A DNA stretch of 64,000 nucleotides. It comes from Anaeromyxobacteraceae bacterium (GTDB taxonomy: Bacteria; Myxococcota; Myxococcia; Myxococcales; Anaeromyxobacteraceae). Made by a program: the position numbers and the translations under genes. Positions 49,259-59,086 of the stretch are shown here, piece after piece (the first letter of the stretch is position 1; each line of letters starts with the position of its first letter). Location: positions 224,001-288,000 of the forward strand of contig JAULAX010000015.1 of the NCBI GenBank assembly GCA_032654565.1, read 5' to 3'. The notes beneath the pieces are model-generated. The model saw only the letters and a program-made list of their open reading frames with translations, was not told where the DNA came from and did no database searches.

Positions 49259-50152
49259 TCAGCTCTTCGGGATGGCCTTCAGGATCGCCCTCCCGTCCTT
49301 GACCTCCACCTTGAACTCCACCCGGCTGGCCTTGTGCGCCTTCATGATCTCCGGCGTCTGCTTGGCGATGGTCCGGGCGATGGCGTCGGGGGTGATGCCG
49401 GCCAGGTCCTGGTTGCAGCTCTTGCGCGCCGCCACGTAGGCCTCGTAGAGGGCCCGGGTCTGGGCGTCGACGCCGGCCGCGGCGGCGGGACGAGGGGCGG
49501 GGGCCGCAGGGCGGGCCGGCGGCGGTGCCGGGGTGGCCGGGCGCGCCGCGGGGGCTGGCGCGGCGGCGGCCGGGCGAGCCGGCGGCGCTCCCGCGGTGGG
49601 CGCGGTGGGAGCGGCGGGCCGGGCGGCGGGCGGCGGCGGGGCGGGGGCGGCCGCGGTGGTGGCGGCGGCGGGCGCCTCCTCGTCACCGAAGTCGGAGAGG
49701 TCGACGTCCTCCGCCTGGGTGTGGCGCAGCACCTCCTTCTTCCCCTTCACCCCGGCCGGCCCGACGCCGCGCTGCCTGGCGTGGAGCCGCGCCTTGAAGA
49801 CGTCGCGCCGGTAGGTCCCCTCCTCCTTCTCCCGCACGCTCCGCAGCCAGAGCCGCTCGTAGGAGATGAAGCGGGCGTGGAGCGACTGGATGCGGAAGCG
49901 GATCCCGGCGTTGCGGGTGAAGCGCTCCTTCAGCCGCGCCACCTTCTTCTTCAGCTCCTCGCGGGTCTTGTTGGGCTCGCTCCGCTCCACGCCGAGGAAC
50001 CACATCTCGTACTTGACCTTGAGCTCCTCGACCTCGGCCTCCAGCGCCGCGCAGGCGTCGGCCAGCTCGTCGGTGGCGTGGCGCTTGTCCTCCGGCGTCT
50101 CCGGCTGGGCCGGGGCACCGGGGCGCTGCGGGGGCTTGAGGGGGGCGGCCAC
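49259..50152 (-). CDS. MXAN_5187 C-terminal-domain-like protein
   Basis: YEMWFLGVERSEP helical N-domain, Pro/Ala linker, LYEAYV.AR...VEFKVEVKDGRAILKA. Confidence 0.75.
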   Translation of the reverse strand: MAAPLKPPQRPGAPAQPETPEDKRHATDELADACAALEAEVEELKVKYEMWFLGVERSEPNKTREELKKKVARLKERFTRNAGIRFRIQSLHARFISYERLWLRSVREKEEGTYRRDVFKARLHARQRGVGPAGVKGKKEVLRHTQAEDVDLSDFGDEEAPAAATTAAAPAPPPPAARPAAPTAPTAGAPPARPAAAAPAPAARPATPAPPPARPAAPAPRPAAAAGVDAQTRALYEAYVAARKSCNQDLAGITPDAIARTIAKQTPEIMKAHKASRVEFKVEVKDGRAILKAIPKS

Positions 50153-50155
50153 GGC

Positions 50156-51217
50156 TCAGACTCTAGCGCGCCGCCCGGCCGTCGCGAAGAGCGCCACCCC
50201 GAGCCCCAGGATGACGAGGGAGGTCCAGGTCCCCACCCCCAGCCCCAGCACCATGCCGCGCTCCACGTCGCCGCGGAAGCTCTCCACCAGGGCCCGGAGC
50301 ATGGCGTAGAGCACCAGCCAGCTGGCCAGCACCTGCCCGTGGAACCGCTTGCGCGGCCGGATCACCAGCACCAGCAGCAGGAACAGCCCCAGCTCGCCGA
50401 ACGACTCGTAGAGCTGGGTGGGGTGGAGCGGCAGCGTGGCGCTGCGGTCGGCGGCCAGGAAGGCGCCGGGCGTGGCCCGGCTGGCGAAGCTCTGGTAGGC
50501 GAGCGACTCGGGCGGGAAGTGGACCAGCCACGGCAGGTGGCTGGTCGACACGTCGCCCCAGCAGCAGCCGGCCCCGAAGCAGCCGAGCCGGCCGAAGAAG
50601 TGGCCCAGCGCCAGCGAGGGGATGAGGGTGTCGGCGTGGGAGAGGAAGTCCATGCCGTGGCGCCGCATGTAGAACCAGGCCACCAGCACGGCGCCGATCA
50701 GGCCGCCGTAGAAGACCAGCCCGCCCTCCCAGATGGCCAGCACCCGGGGGATGCGGCCGAAGGAGGTGGCGGCGAAGAAGGTGCCGGCCTCGAAGTAGTC
50801 CCGCCAGTTGACGAGGATGTAGTAGACGCGGCTCCCCACCAGCGCCGACACCAGGATCCAGAAGGTCAGGTCGGCGATCTGCTCGGGGTCCTGGCCGCGA
50901 CGCTTCCCCTCGCGCTGCGCCAGCCAGATGCCGAAGACGAAGCCGGCGGCGATGAGCAGGCCGTAGGTGTGGAGCGGCAGCCGCAGCTCGCCGTCGAGCA
51001 GCCCGCCCCGCCAGAGCAGCCCCAGCCCGGCCGCCAGCACCGCCGCCACCACCCAGTCGTCGGCCAGGGCCGCGAAGAAGGAGATGGGGTGGCCGTCGCG
51101 GGCCGAGCGGCGGCGCCAGGCCAGCGCCCGCCCCAGCACCACCACCAGGATGGCGAGCAGGGCCGCCGGCTTGACCAGCCCGGCCGGGATGACGATGGCG
51201 AAGAGGATGGGGAGCAT
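50156..51217 (-). CDS. lgt: Prolipoprotein diacylglyceryl transferase
   Basis: TYG, GSRVYY, WEGGLVFYGG, GRLGCF.AGCCWG, HPTQLYE. Confidence 0.93.
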   Translation of the reverse strand: MLPILFAIVIPAGLVKPAALLAILVVVLGRALAWRRRSARDGHPISFFAALADDWVVAAVLAAGLGLLWRGGLLDGELRLPLHTYGLLIAAGFVFGIWLAQREGKRRGQDPEQIADLTFWILVSALVGSRVYYILVNWRDYFEAGTFFAATSFGRIPRVLAIWEGGLVFYGGLIGAVLVAWFYMRRHGMDFLSHADTLIPSLALGHFFGRLGCFGAGCCWGDVSTSHLPWLVHFPPESLAYQSFASRATPGAFLAADRSATLPLHPTQLYESFGELGLFLLLVLVIRPRKRFHGQVLASWLVLYAMLRALVESFRGDVERGMVLGLGVGTWTSLVILGLGVALFATAGRRARV

Positions 51218-51795
51218 CAGCCCTTCTTGTTCGCCGGCCGGGCCGGCTCGCCGGGGAGCAGCACCAGCAGCAGCACGCCGACCACGATCATCGAGTCGGC
51301 GATGTTGAAGGTGGGCCAGTAGAGGTCGGGCCTCCTCCACCAGTGCCAGTCGATGAAGTCGACCACGTAGCCGCGCGCCAGCCGGTCGATGAAGTTCCCG
51401 ATGGCCCCGGCGAAGACCAGCGAGAGCGCCACCTGGGGCAGGCGCTGGGCCGGGGCCAGCCTGCGGAAGTAGACGAGGATGAAGATCACCGCGCCCAGCA
51501 GGGTCAGCGAGAAGACGGCGTTGCGGGTGGTGAGCGACAGGTCGCGGAAGAGCCCCCAGGCGGCGCCAGGGTTCTCGGCGTAGCGCATCCGCCACATGGG
51601 CGCCCAGACCACGTGGGGGTCGGTGGCGTAGGGCTCGAGGTGGCGGAAGGAGTAGAAGCCGGCCACCCGCGCCGACAGCGAGCCGTCGGTGCGGGCCAGG
51701 GCGGTGGTGAGCCGGTCCACGGCCATGAACTTGGTGACCTGGTCGGCCAGCAGGCCGACCCCGACGATGAGCAGGAAGAGGCGCCACTTGTTCAC
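51217..51795 (-). CDS. lspA: Signal peptidase II
   Basis: DQVTK, NPGAAWG, GAIGNFIDR, VVDFI, FNIAD. Confidence 0.95.
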   Translation of the reverse strand: MNKWRLFLLIVGVGLLADQVTKFMAVDRLTTALARTDGSLSARVAGFYSFRHLEPYATDPHVVWAPMWRMRYAENPGAAWGLFRDLSLTTRNAVFSLTLLGAVIFILVYFRRLAPAQRLPQVALSLVFAGAIGNFIDRLARGYVVDFIDWHWWRRPDLYWPTFNIADSMIVVGVLLLVLLPGEPARPANKKG

Positions 51796-54578
51796 GGGGT
51801 GCCCTCCCCCAGGGCCGCCACGCACTTGCCGCAGAGCTCCGGGTGGGCGGCGCTGCGCCCGGCGTCCTCGGCGAAGACCCAGCAGCGCGGGCACTTCACG
51901 CCCGGCGCCACCGCCACCGCCACCGCCAGCGGCCCGTCGGCCAGCGTCACCTTGGAGACGATGAGCAGCGTGGCCAGCTCGGCGCGGGCCGACTCCAGCA
52001 GGGCCCGCTGCGCCCCCTCGGCGTGGATCACCACCGCCGCCTCGGTGCTCTTGCCGATCAGCTTGGCGGCCCGGGCCGTCTCCAGCGCCTTCTGCACCAC
52101 CTCGCGCACCGCGAAGAGGGCGGCGTAGCGGGCCTGCAGCGCCTCGGCGCCGGCCGAGGGCGCCCGCCGCGGCAGCCCGGCCAGGAAGACCGAGCTGGCC
52201 GGGGCGCCCGGCAGGTAGCCCCAGGCCTCGCTGGCGGTGAAGGAGAGGATGGGGGCCAGCCAGGTGCAGAGGTCGTGGGCCACGTACCAGAGCACCGTCT
52301 GGGCGCTGCGGCGCGGCTTGCCGTCCTTGCGGGCGGTGTAGAGCCGGTCCTTGACCACGTCGAAGTAGAGGGCCGAGAGCTCCACCGCGCAGAGCTGCAT
52401 GGTGGCGTGGTAGGCGGTGTGGAACTCGTACCCCTCGTAGCCGGCGCGCACCTTCTCCTGCCAGGCCACCAGCCGGTCGAAGGCCCAGCGGTCGATCGGC
52501 TCCAGCTCGTCGAGCGGCACGGCGTCGCGGGCCAGGTCGAAGCCGTCGGTGGCCCCCAGCGCGTAGCGCAGGGTGTTGCGGATCTTGCGGTAGCCCTCGG
52601 CGAGGCCGTCGACGATCTCCTTGCCGATGCGGACGTCGTCGCGGTAGTCGGAGGCGCTCACCCAGAGCCGCAGCACGTCGGCGCCGAACTGCTTGATGAT
52701 CTCCTCCGGCGCCACCACGTTGCCGACGCTCTTCGACATGGCCTTGCCGTGCTCGTCGAGCACGAAGCCGTGGGTCAGCACCGCCCGGTAGGGGGCCCGC
52801 CCCTCGATGGCCACGCCGGTGAGCAGCGCCGAGTGGAACCAGCCGCGGTGCTGGTCGGAGCCCTCCAGGTAGAGGTCGACCGGGGCCCCCAGCCTGGGGT
52901 CGCGCGCCGCCACCGCCGCCCAGCTGACGCCCGAGTCCCACCAGACGTCGAGGATGTCCTGCTCGCGCCGGAAGGCGGCGCCGCCGCACTTCGCGCAGGT
53001 CGCACCCGCCGTGAACTCCTTCGGGTCGCGCTGGTACCAGGCCTCGATGCCGTCGGCCTCGAAGGCGTCGGCCACCCGGTTCATCAGCGCCGGCGAGACC
53101 AGCGGCTCGGCGCACCCCTCGCAGTAGAAGACCGGGATGGGCACGCCCCAGGTCCGCTGCCGCGACAGGCACCAGTCGGGCCGGTTCTCGATCATGTTGT
53201 AGATGCGCTCCCGCCCCCAGTGCGGGATCCAGTTGACCCGGTCGATCTCGGCCAGCGTCTTCTGCCGCATGCCGTCGTGGTCGAGCTTGAGGAACCACTG
53301 GTCGGTGGCCCGGAAGACCACCGGCTTGTGGCAGCGCCAGCAGTGCGGGTAGCTGTGCTTCAGCGTCGCCGCCGGGTCGGAGAGCAGGTGGCCGGAGGCC
53401 GCCAGGTCGGCGACGATGCGGGCGTTGGCCTCGAAGATCTTCTGGCCGGCGTAGGGCCCGGCCTCGGCGGTGAAGACGCCGGCGCCGTCCACCGGGTTGA
53501 GCACCGCCAGGCCGTACTGCTGCCCCACCACGTAGTCCTCGGCGCCGTGGCCGGGGGCGGTGTGCACCAGGCCGGTGCCGGCCTCCAGGGTGACGTGCTC
53601 GCCGAGGATCACCGGCGACTCCCGCCCCATGAACGGGTGGCGGTAGCTGAGCCCCTCCAGCGCCTTGCCCGGCAGCTCGGCCAGCAGCCGCTCCGGGTGG
53701 GCCAGCGCGGCGCCGGCGAGCTCGCCCGGGGCGCAGGCGGCCAGGAAGGCGCCCAGCAGGTCGCGGGCCACCACCACCACCGTGCCGGCGAGATCGTAGG
53801 CGGCGTAGCTGTAGTCGGCGCGGGCGGCGATGGCGAGGTTGGCCGGCAGCGTCCACGGGGTGGTGGTCCAGATCACCAGGCGGGCGGCCCGGCCGGCCAG
53901 CGCCGGGTTCGGCAGCGGCGAGGTGAGGTCGAAGGCCACGTGGATCGACGGCGAGGTGTGCTCCTCGTACTCCACCTCGGCCTCGGCCAGCGCGGTCCGG
54001 TCGGTGATGCACCAGTAGACCGGCTTCTTGCCGCGGATGAGGAAGCCGCGCTCGGCGGCGCGGGCCAGCGCCCGGACCGTGTCGGCCTCGTAGCGCTTGT
54101 CCATGGTGGCGTAGGGGGCCTCCCAGCGGCCGAAGATGCCGAGCCGCTTGAAGGAGACCCGCTGCTTGTCGATCCACTTGGCGGCGTAGGCCCGGCAGGC
54201 GCCGATGATGGCGGGCCGGTCCATGTCGCGCTTCTTCGGCCCCAGCTCCTTGTCCACCTTCAGCTCGATGGGCAGGCCGTGGCAGTCCCAGCCCGGAACG
54301 TAGTCGGCCACCTCGCCGTTCTGGTTCCGGTACTTGACGATGATGTCCTTGAGGATCTTGTTGAGGGCGTGGCCGATGTGGATGTCGCCGTTGGCGTAGG
54401 GCGGCCCGTCGTGCAGCACGAACTTCCTGGGGTTGGGCCGGGCGGCGTTCTGGTCCAGCACCTGCTGGTAGATCCCCGCCGCCTCCCAGGCGCGCAGGAT
54501 CTCCGGCTCCCGCGCGGCCAGGTTGGCCTTCATGGGGAAGTCGGTCTTGGGGAGATGGATGCTGTCCTTGTAGTCCAC
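51792..54578 (-). CDS. ileS: Isoleucine--tRNA ligase
   Basis: DGPPYANGDIHIGH, GWDCHGLPIE, WCLSRQR, AMSKS, C-terminal CPRC...CGKC. Confidence 0.97.
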   Translation of the reverse strand: MDYKDSIHLPKTDFPMKANLAAREPEILRAWEAAGIYQQVLDQNAARPNPRKFVLHDGPPYANGDIHIGHALNKILKDIIVKYRNQNGEVADYVPGWDCHGLPIELKVDKELGPKKRDMDRPAIIGACRAYAAKWIDKQRVSFKRLGIFGRWEAPYATMDKRYEADTVRALARAAERGFLIRGKKPVYWCITDRTALAEAEVEYEEHTSPSIHVAFDLTSPLPNPALAGRAARLVIWTTTPWTLPANLAIAARADYSYAAYDLAGTVVVVARDLLGAFLAACAPGELAGAALAHPERLLAELPGKALEGLSYRHPFMGRESPVILGEHVTLEAGTGLVHTAPGHGAEDYVVGQQYGLAVLNPVDGAGVFTAEAGPYAGQKIFEANARIVADLAASGHLLSDPAATLKHSYPHCWRCHKPVVFRATDQWFLKLDHDGMRQKTLAEIDRVNWIPHWGRERIYNMIENRPDWCLSRQRTWGVPIPVFYCEGCAEPLVSPALMNRVADAFEADGIEAWYQRDPKEFTAGATCAKCGGAAFRREQDILDVWWDSGVSWAAVAARDPRLGAPVDLYLEGSDQHRGWFHSALLTGVAIEGRAPYRAVLTHGFVLDEHGKAMSKSVGNVVAPEEIIKQFGADVLRLWVSASDYRDDVRIGKEIVDGLAEGYRKIRNTLRYALGATDGFDLARDAVPLDELEPIDRWAFDRLVAWQEKVRAGYEGYEFHTAYHATMQLCAVELSALYFDVVKDRLYTARKDGKPRRSAQTVLWYVAHDLCTWLAPILSFTASEAWGYLPGAPASSVFLAGLPRRAPSAGAEALQARYAALFAVREVVQKALETARAAKLIGKSTEAAVVIHAEGAQRALLESARAELATLLIVSKVTLADGPLAVAVAVAPGVKCPRCWVFAEDAGRSAAHPELCGKCVAALGEGTP

Positions 54579-54645
54579 GGTGCGCCCTCGGAAGGAGAGC
54601 GGTTCTAGCAGCCGGAGGGGGCTTCGGGCTACCCTCCCCTCCGCC

Positions 54646-55584
54646 ATGGCCAGCGCCAAGGGGCGAGCGGCCCTCCTCATCCTCTCCCGCAACCAGAAGC
54701 TCTACTCGACGCGCCGCCTGGTCGCCGCGGCCCGGGCCCGCCGGCTCGAGCCGCGGGTGCTCGACACCCTGCGCTGCGACCTGCTGCTGGAGCGGACCGG
54801 GCCGCGCCTGTTCCACCGCGGCGTCGAGGTGCAGCCGTCGCGGGTGCGGGTGGTGATCCCGCGCATCGGCGCCTCCATCACCGGCTACGGCCTCTCGGTG
54901 CTCAACCAGCTCCACCTGATGGGCGTGCCGGTGCTCAACGGCGCCGTGGGCATCGGCCGCTCGCGCGACAAGCTGCGGGCGCTGCAGCTGCTGGCCGAGG
55001 CCGGCCTGGCCATCCCGCGCACCGCGCTCTGCCGCTACCGCGACGAGGTGCCGGCGGCGGTGGAGCTGGTGGGCGGCCTGCCCTGCATCATCAAGCTGGT
55101 GCGCGGGGCCCAGGGGGTGGGGGTGATGATCGCCAGCACCATGGCCGAGGTGACCGGCCTGCTCGACACCCTCTGGACGCTGGGGCAGGAGATCCTGCTG
55201 CAGGAGCTGGTCAAGGAGTCGCGGGGGCGCGACGTCCGGGCGCTGGTGATCGGCGGCGAGGTGGTCGCGGCCATGCGCCGCACCGCCCGGGCCGGCGAGT
55301 TCCGCTCCAACATCCACCGCGGCGGCGCCGCCACCCGGCTCGAGCTTCCGGATGACTACGGCCGGGCGGCCCTGACCGCGGCCCGGGTGGTGGGGCTGGA
55401 GGTGGCCGGGGTCGACCTGCTGGAGGCCAGCGACGGCCCCATGGTCATGGAGGTCAACAGCTCTCCGGGCTTCGAGGCGCTGGAGCGGGCCACCGGGCTC
55501 GACATCGCCGGGCGCTACGTGGACCACGCCGTGGCCTTCGCCGCCGCGTCCCGCAAGGTCCGGGTGAATGCGCCGGGGTCGTGA
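54646..55584 (+). CDS. rimK: RimK-family ATP-grasp alpha-L-glutamate ligase
   Basis: YSTRRL, IPRIGASIT, RDKLR.LQ, FRSNIHRGG, EVNSSPG. Confidence 0.88.
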   Translation: MASAKGRAALLILSRNQKLYSTRRLVAAARARRLEPRVLDTLRCDLLLERTGPRLFHRGVEVQPSRVRVVIPRIGASITGYGLSVLNQLHLMGVPVLNGAVGIGRSRDKLRALQLLAEAGLAIPRTALCRYRDEVPAAVELVGGLPCIIKLVRGAQGVGVMIASTMAEVTGLLDTLWTLGQEILLQELVKESRGRDVRALVIGGEVVAAMRRTARAGEFRSNIHRGGAATRLELPDDYGRAALTAARVVGLEVAGVDLLEASDGPMVMEVNSSPGFEALERATGLDIAGRYVDHAVAFAAASRKVRVNAPGS

Positions 55585-55634
55585 TACGTCTTGGGGTCTA
55601 AGGGGGCACCTCACGGCCCCCAAGGAGTGACCCG

Positions 55635-57017
55635 ATGATGAAGCGTGCCCTGCTGGCCCTGCTGGTGCCCTCGCTGCTCACCGGCTGCATGGTCGCCGCC
55701 CGCCCCTACCAACCCCAGCCGCAGCCCCAGTATGCCGAGCCGCCGCCGCCGCCCGCGTACCAGCCGCCGGCGCCCGCCTACCAGCCTCCGCCTCCGGCCT
55801 ACCAGCCGCCCGTGGCGACCTACCAGCCCCCGCCCCCGGCCTACCAGCCGCCCCCGGCGCCCGAGGTCTGGTACTACGGCGAGCACTTCGTCCCCGACGC
55901 GGTGGGCGGTGGCTGGTGCTACCTCGACGGCCCCCACACCCACGACTACTACCCGGAGCGCGACGACCACTACGTCGTCGAGGGGGGCTACTACTACTAC
56001 CGCGGCCCCTTCCAGTTCCTGTTCTACGAAGGCCACCCGCTCCCCGGTGGCGGCTGGTGCTTCCTGAGGGGCCCGCACCACCACGACTACTTCCCGCCGC
56101 GGAGCTCCGACTGGCGCTGGCAGCTGGGGCGCGGCTACGTCTACGGCGGTCACTACGCGCCGTCCCGTCCCCCCCCGGCCACCTACTGGCAGCGTGCGGC
56201 GCCGCCGCCGCCGCGGGTGACCCCGCCCCGGTCGCTCGACTGGTACCAGCCGCGCCCCGGCTTCCGCCCCCCGCCGCCCCGCCCGGCCCCTCCGGCCCGC
56301 GACGACAGGTACCGGCCGTCGCCGCAGCCCGACCGCGCCGCGCCCTCGGGCGTCTACCAGCCGCCGCGGGCCGCCCCCGTCGATCGGGAGCACGAGCGCG
56401 AGGCCAGGGATCGCCTGGAACGCGAGCAGCGCGAGCGGCAGCAGCACGAGCGGGACGACAAGGTCCGCGGCGAGCGCGAGCGTGAGGACCGGGCCCGCGG
56501 TGAGCGCGACCAGCGCGATCGTGAGACCAAGGCCCAGTTCGACCGCGACCAGCGCGAGCGCGAGGACAAGATCCGCGGCGAACGCGAGCAGCGTGAGCGC
56601 GAGACCAAGGGGCGCTTCGACCGCGACCAGCGCGAGCGTGAGGATCGGGCCCGCGGCGAGCGGGACCAGCGTGAGCGCGAGGACCGGGCCCGTGGCGAGC
56701 GCGACCAGCGCGAGCGCGAGGACCGCAGCCGGATGGCCCAGCCGCCCGGCCCGCCGATCCGGGTGTTGCCGCAGCAGCCGCCGCGGAACGAGACCCCCGC
56801 CTTCGTGCCCCCGCAGCAGCAGCAGCGCGGCTCATCCCCGGCCTACGTCCCTCCGCAGCAGCAGCAGCGGGCCCAGCCTCCGGTCGCCGCGCCGCCGGCC
56901 CCGTCACGGGTCTCCCCCCCGGCCGCCCGCGAGGACCGCGGTCGCGAGGAGAAGCCCAAGGCGGACAAGAAGGACGACAAGAAGGACTCCAGGGGGCGCT
57001 CCACCCGCGACGATTAG
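55635..57017 (+). CDS. Proline-rich lipoprotein with charged Arg/Glu/Asp repeats
   Basis: AAGGAG RBS, lipobox LTGC, YQPPPPA repeats, two GGWC...GPH.HDY.P modules, RGERDQRERED repeats. Confidence 0.75.
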   Translation: MMKRALLALLVPSLLTGCMVAARPYQPQPQPQYAEPPPPPAYQPPAPAYQPPPPAYQPPVATYQPPPPAYQPPPAPEVWYYGEHFVPDAVGGGWCYLDGPHTHDYYPERDDHYVVEGGYYYYRGPFQFLFYEGHPLPGGGWCFLRGPHHHDYFPPRSSDWRWQLGRGYVYGGHYAPSRPPPATYWQRAAPPPPRVTPPRSLDWYQPRPGFRPPPPRPAPPARDDRYRPSPQPDRAAPSGVYQPPRAAPVDREHEREARDRLEREQRERQQHERDDKVRGEREREDRARGERDQRDRETKAQFDRDQREREDKIRGEREQRERETKGRFDRDQREREDRARGERDQREREDRARGERDQREREDRSRMAQPPGPPIRVLPQQPPRNETPAFVPPQQQQRGSSPAYVPPQQQQRAQPPVAAPPAPSRVSPPAAREDRGREEKPKADKKDDKKDSRGRSTRDD

Positions 57018-57090
57018 TCATCCCTGATCAGGGGCCGGGCCCCTCGATTCTGGAGTCAACGCCGCGACGCATCGTGCTAGCGTCCGGCGC

Positions 57091-59064
57091 ATGAACCCAC
57101 TGCTGACGTCGGCCCTCCTCCTCGTCGGGCTCGGGATCTTCACCTGGTCGGTGGTCACCCGGCTCCGCCCCCTCCTGGCGCTGCGGCGGGAGGATCGGAG
57201 CGACCGGACCGACGAGCGGCTCGGCGGCCTGCTCCGCTTCGGCTTCGGCCAGAAGCGGCTGGTCGACCCCGAGGAGCTGACCGCCGGCGTCCTGCACGTG
57301 GTCCTGTTCGCCGCCTTCCTGGTGCTGGCGCTCCGGACCGTCACCCTCTTCGGCGAGGGGTTCTCGGTCGGCTTCCACCTGCCGCTGCTCGGCCCCGACT
57401 CGGCGCTGGGGCGCGGCTACGACGTGGCCAAGAACGTGGTGGTCTGGGCGGCGCTGCTGGCGGCGCTCGGCTTCCTCTGGCGGCGGCTGGTGACCAGGCC
57501 GGCCCGCGTCACCGCCTCCTGGGAGGGGACGCTGGTGGTCGGCTTCATCATCGTCCTGATGGTGACCGAGATCCTCTACGACGAGGCCGGCACGCTCGGC
57601 CTCTCGGCCGGCGCCGCCGAGGCGGTGGCGCAGGGGAGCTTCTGGCTCCACCTGGTGGTGATCCTGCTCTTCCTCAACTTCCTCCCCATCGGCAAGCACT
57701 TCCACGTCATCACCGCGCTGCCCAACGTCTTCTTCCGCCGGCTGCCGCCCGAGGCGCGGCTGTCGAAGCTGGACCTCGAGTCGGAGGGGGCCCGCTTCGG
57801 CACCGCCACCGCCAAGGACCTCTCCTGGAAGGAGGGCTGGGACGTCTACAGCTGCACCGAGTGCGGCCGCTGCCAGACCCACTGCCCCACCCACGTCACC
57901 GGCAAGCCGCTCAGCCACAAGGAGGTCAACAAGGCCATCCGCAAGCACCTCGGCCAGGTCGGCCCGACGCTGGTGGAGCTGGCCGCCGCGAAGGATCCGG
58001 CGGCGCGCGAGGCCATCGCGGCGAAGCTGCCCCCCATCACCGAGGCGGTGGCCCCGGAGACCGCCTGGGCCTGCACCACCTGCGGCTGGTGCGAGACCGC
58101 CTGCCCGGTCCTCATCGAGAACATCCCCCGCCTCATCGACATCCGCCGCCAGGCGGTGCAGGTCGACTCGGTCTTCCCCGACGAGGCGGCCCGCATCTTC
58201 AAGGGGATCGAGACCCAGGGGAACCCCTGGGGCATCGGCTCCAACAAGCGCGCCGAGTGGTGCGAGGACCTGGCCATCCCGCGGGCCGCCGACGGCGGCG
58301 ACTACGAGTGGCTCTTCTTCGTGGGCTGCGCCGGGGCCTTCGACGACCGGCAGAAGAAGGTCTCGCGGGCCATCGTCCAGATCCTGCGCGAGGCCAGGGT
58401 GACCTTCGCCATCCTCGGCGAGGAGGAGACCTGCACCGGCGACGCCGCCCGCCGGCTCGGCAACGAGTACCTCTTCCAGATGCAGGCCGCCGCGCTCACC
58501 GAGACGCTCAACGGCCACGGGGTGAAGAAGATCCTGGTGCAGTGCCCGCACTGCCTCAACACCATCAAGAACGAGCTGCCCGACTTCGGCGGGCGCTACG
58601 AGGTGGTCCACCACGCCGAGCTGATCGCCAGGCTGGTGGCCGACGGCCGGCTCACCGTGGCCCGGGCCGAGGGGCTGGCCGGCACCGCGGTCACCTACCA
58701 CGACCCCTGCTACCTGGCCCGCTGGAACGGCGTGGTCGAGGCGCCGCGCGCGGTGCTGGCGGCGGCCGGCATCACCCCGGTGGAGATGCCGCGCAGCGGC
58801 CGGCAGGGGTTCTGCTGCGGCGCCGGCGGCGGGCGGATGTGGCTGGAGGAGCACCTCGGCACCCGCATCAACCAGAACCGGGTCACCGAGGCGGCCGAGA
58901 CGCTCGGCGCCGGCGGCGGGGTGGTGGCCACCGGCTGCCCCTTCTGCCTCACCATGGTGAAGGACGGCATCAACGAGCTGAGCCGCGAGGAGTCCATGAA
59001 GGCCATGGACATCGCCGAGATCGTGGTGCTGGGGCTGCCGAAGCGCGCCGCCCCGCCGGTGTAG
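57091..59064 (+). CDS. Membrane Fe-S oxidoreductase (FadF/HdrF-like, CCG domains)
   Basis: TM N-terminus, CTECGRC...CP, CTTCGWC...CP, CPHC, YHDPC, CCGAGGG, CPFC. Confidence 0.9.
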   Translation: MNPLLTSALLLVGLGIFTWSVVTRLRPLLALRREDRSDRTDERLGGLLRFGFGQKRLVDPEELTAGVLHVVLFAAFLVLALRTVTLFGEGFSVGFHLPLLGPDSALGRGYDVAKNVVVWAALLAALGFLWRRLVTRPARVTASWEGTLVVGFIIVLMVTEILYDEAGTLGLSAGAAEAVAQGSFWLHLVVILLFLNFLPIGKHFHVITALPNVFFRRLPPEARLSKLDLESEGARFGTATAKDLSWKEGWDVYSCTECGRCQTHCPTHVTGKPLSHKEVNKAIRKHLGQVGPTLVELAAAKDPAAREAIAAKLPPITEAVAPETAWACTTCGWCETACPVLIENIPRLIDIRRQAVQVDSVFPDEAARIFKGIETQGNPWGIGSNKRAEWCEDLAIPRAADGGDYEWLFFVGCAGAFDDRQKKVSRAIVQILREARVTFAILGEEETCTGDAARRLGNEYLFQMQAAALTETLNGHGVKKILVQCPHCLNTIKNELPDFGGRYEVVHHAELIARLVADGRLTVARAEGLAGTAVTYHDPCYLARWNGVVEAPRAVLAAAGITPVEMPRSGRQGFCCGAGGGRMWLEEHLGTRINQNRVTEAAETLGAGGGVVATGCPFCLTMVKDGINELSREESMKAMDIAEIVVLGLPKRAAPPV

Positions 59065-59086
59065 GGCCGCGCCTGGGGGGTACTCC

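Noticed and set aside
49470..49680. GC-rich repetitive tract as a DNA repeat element
   Set aside because: It encodes the Pro/Ala linker of the 49259-50152 protein.
54614..54642. Hairpin between divergent ileS and rimK as a T-box or riboswitch
   Set aside because: The intergenic gap is under 70 bp, too short, and no T-box motif is present.
51217..55623. 1468-aa ORF and other long Arg/Gly/Pro-rich alternative-frame or antisense ORFs (e.g. 13574-16792, 35559-38978, 30824-33457)
   Set aside because: Shadow ORFs expected at high GC; they overlap well-supported genes. Only the last 192 aa of this one (lspA) is real.
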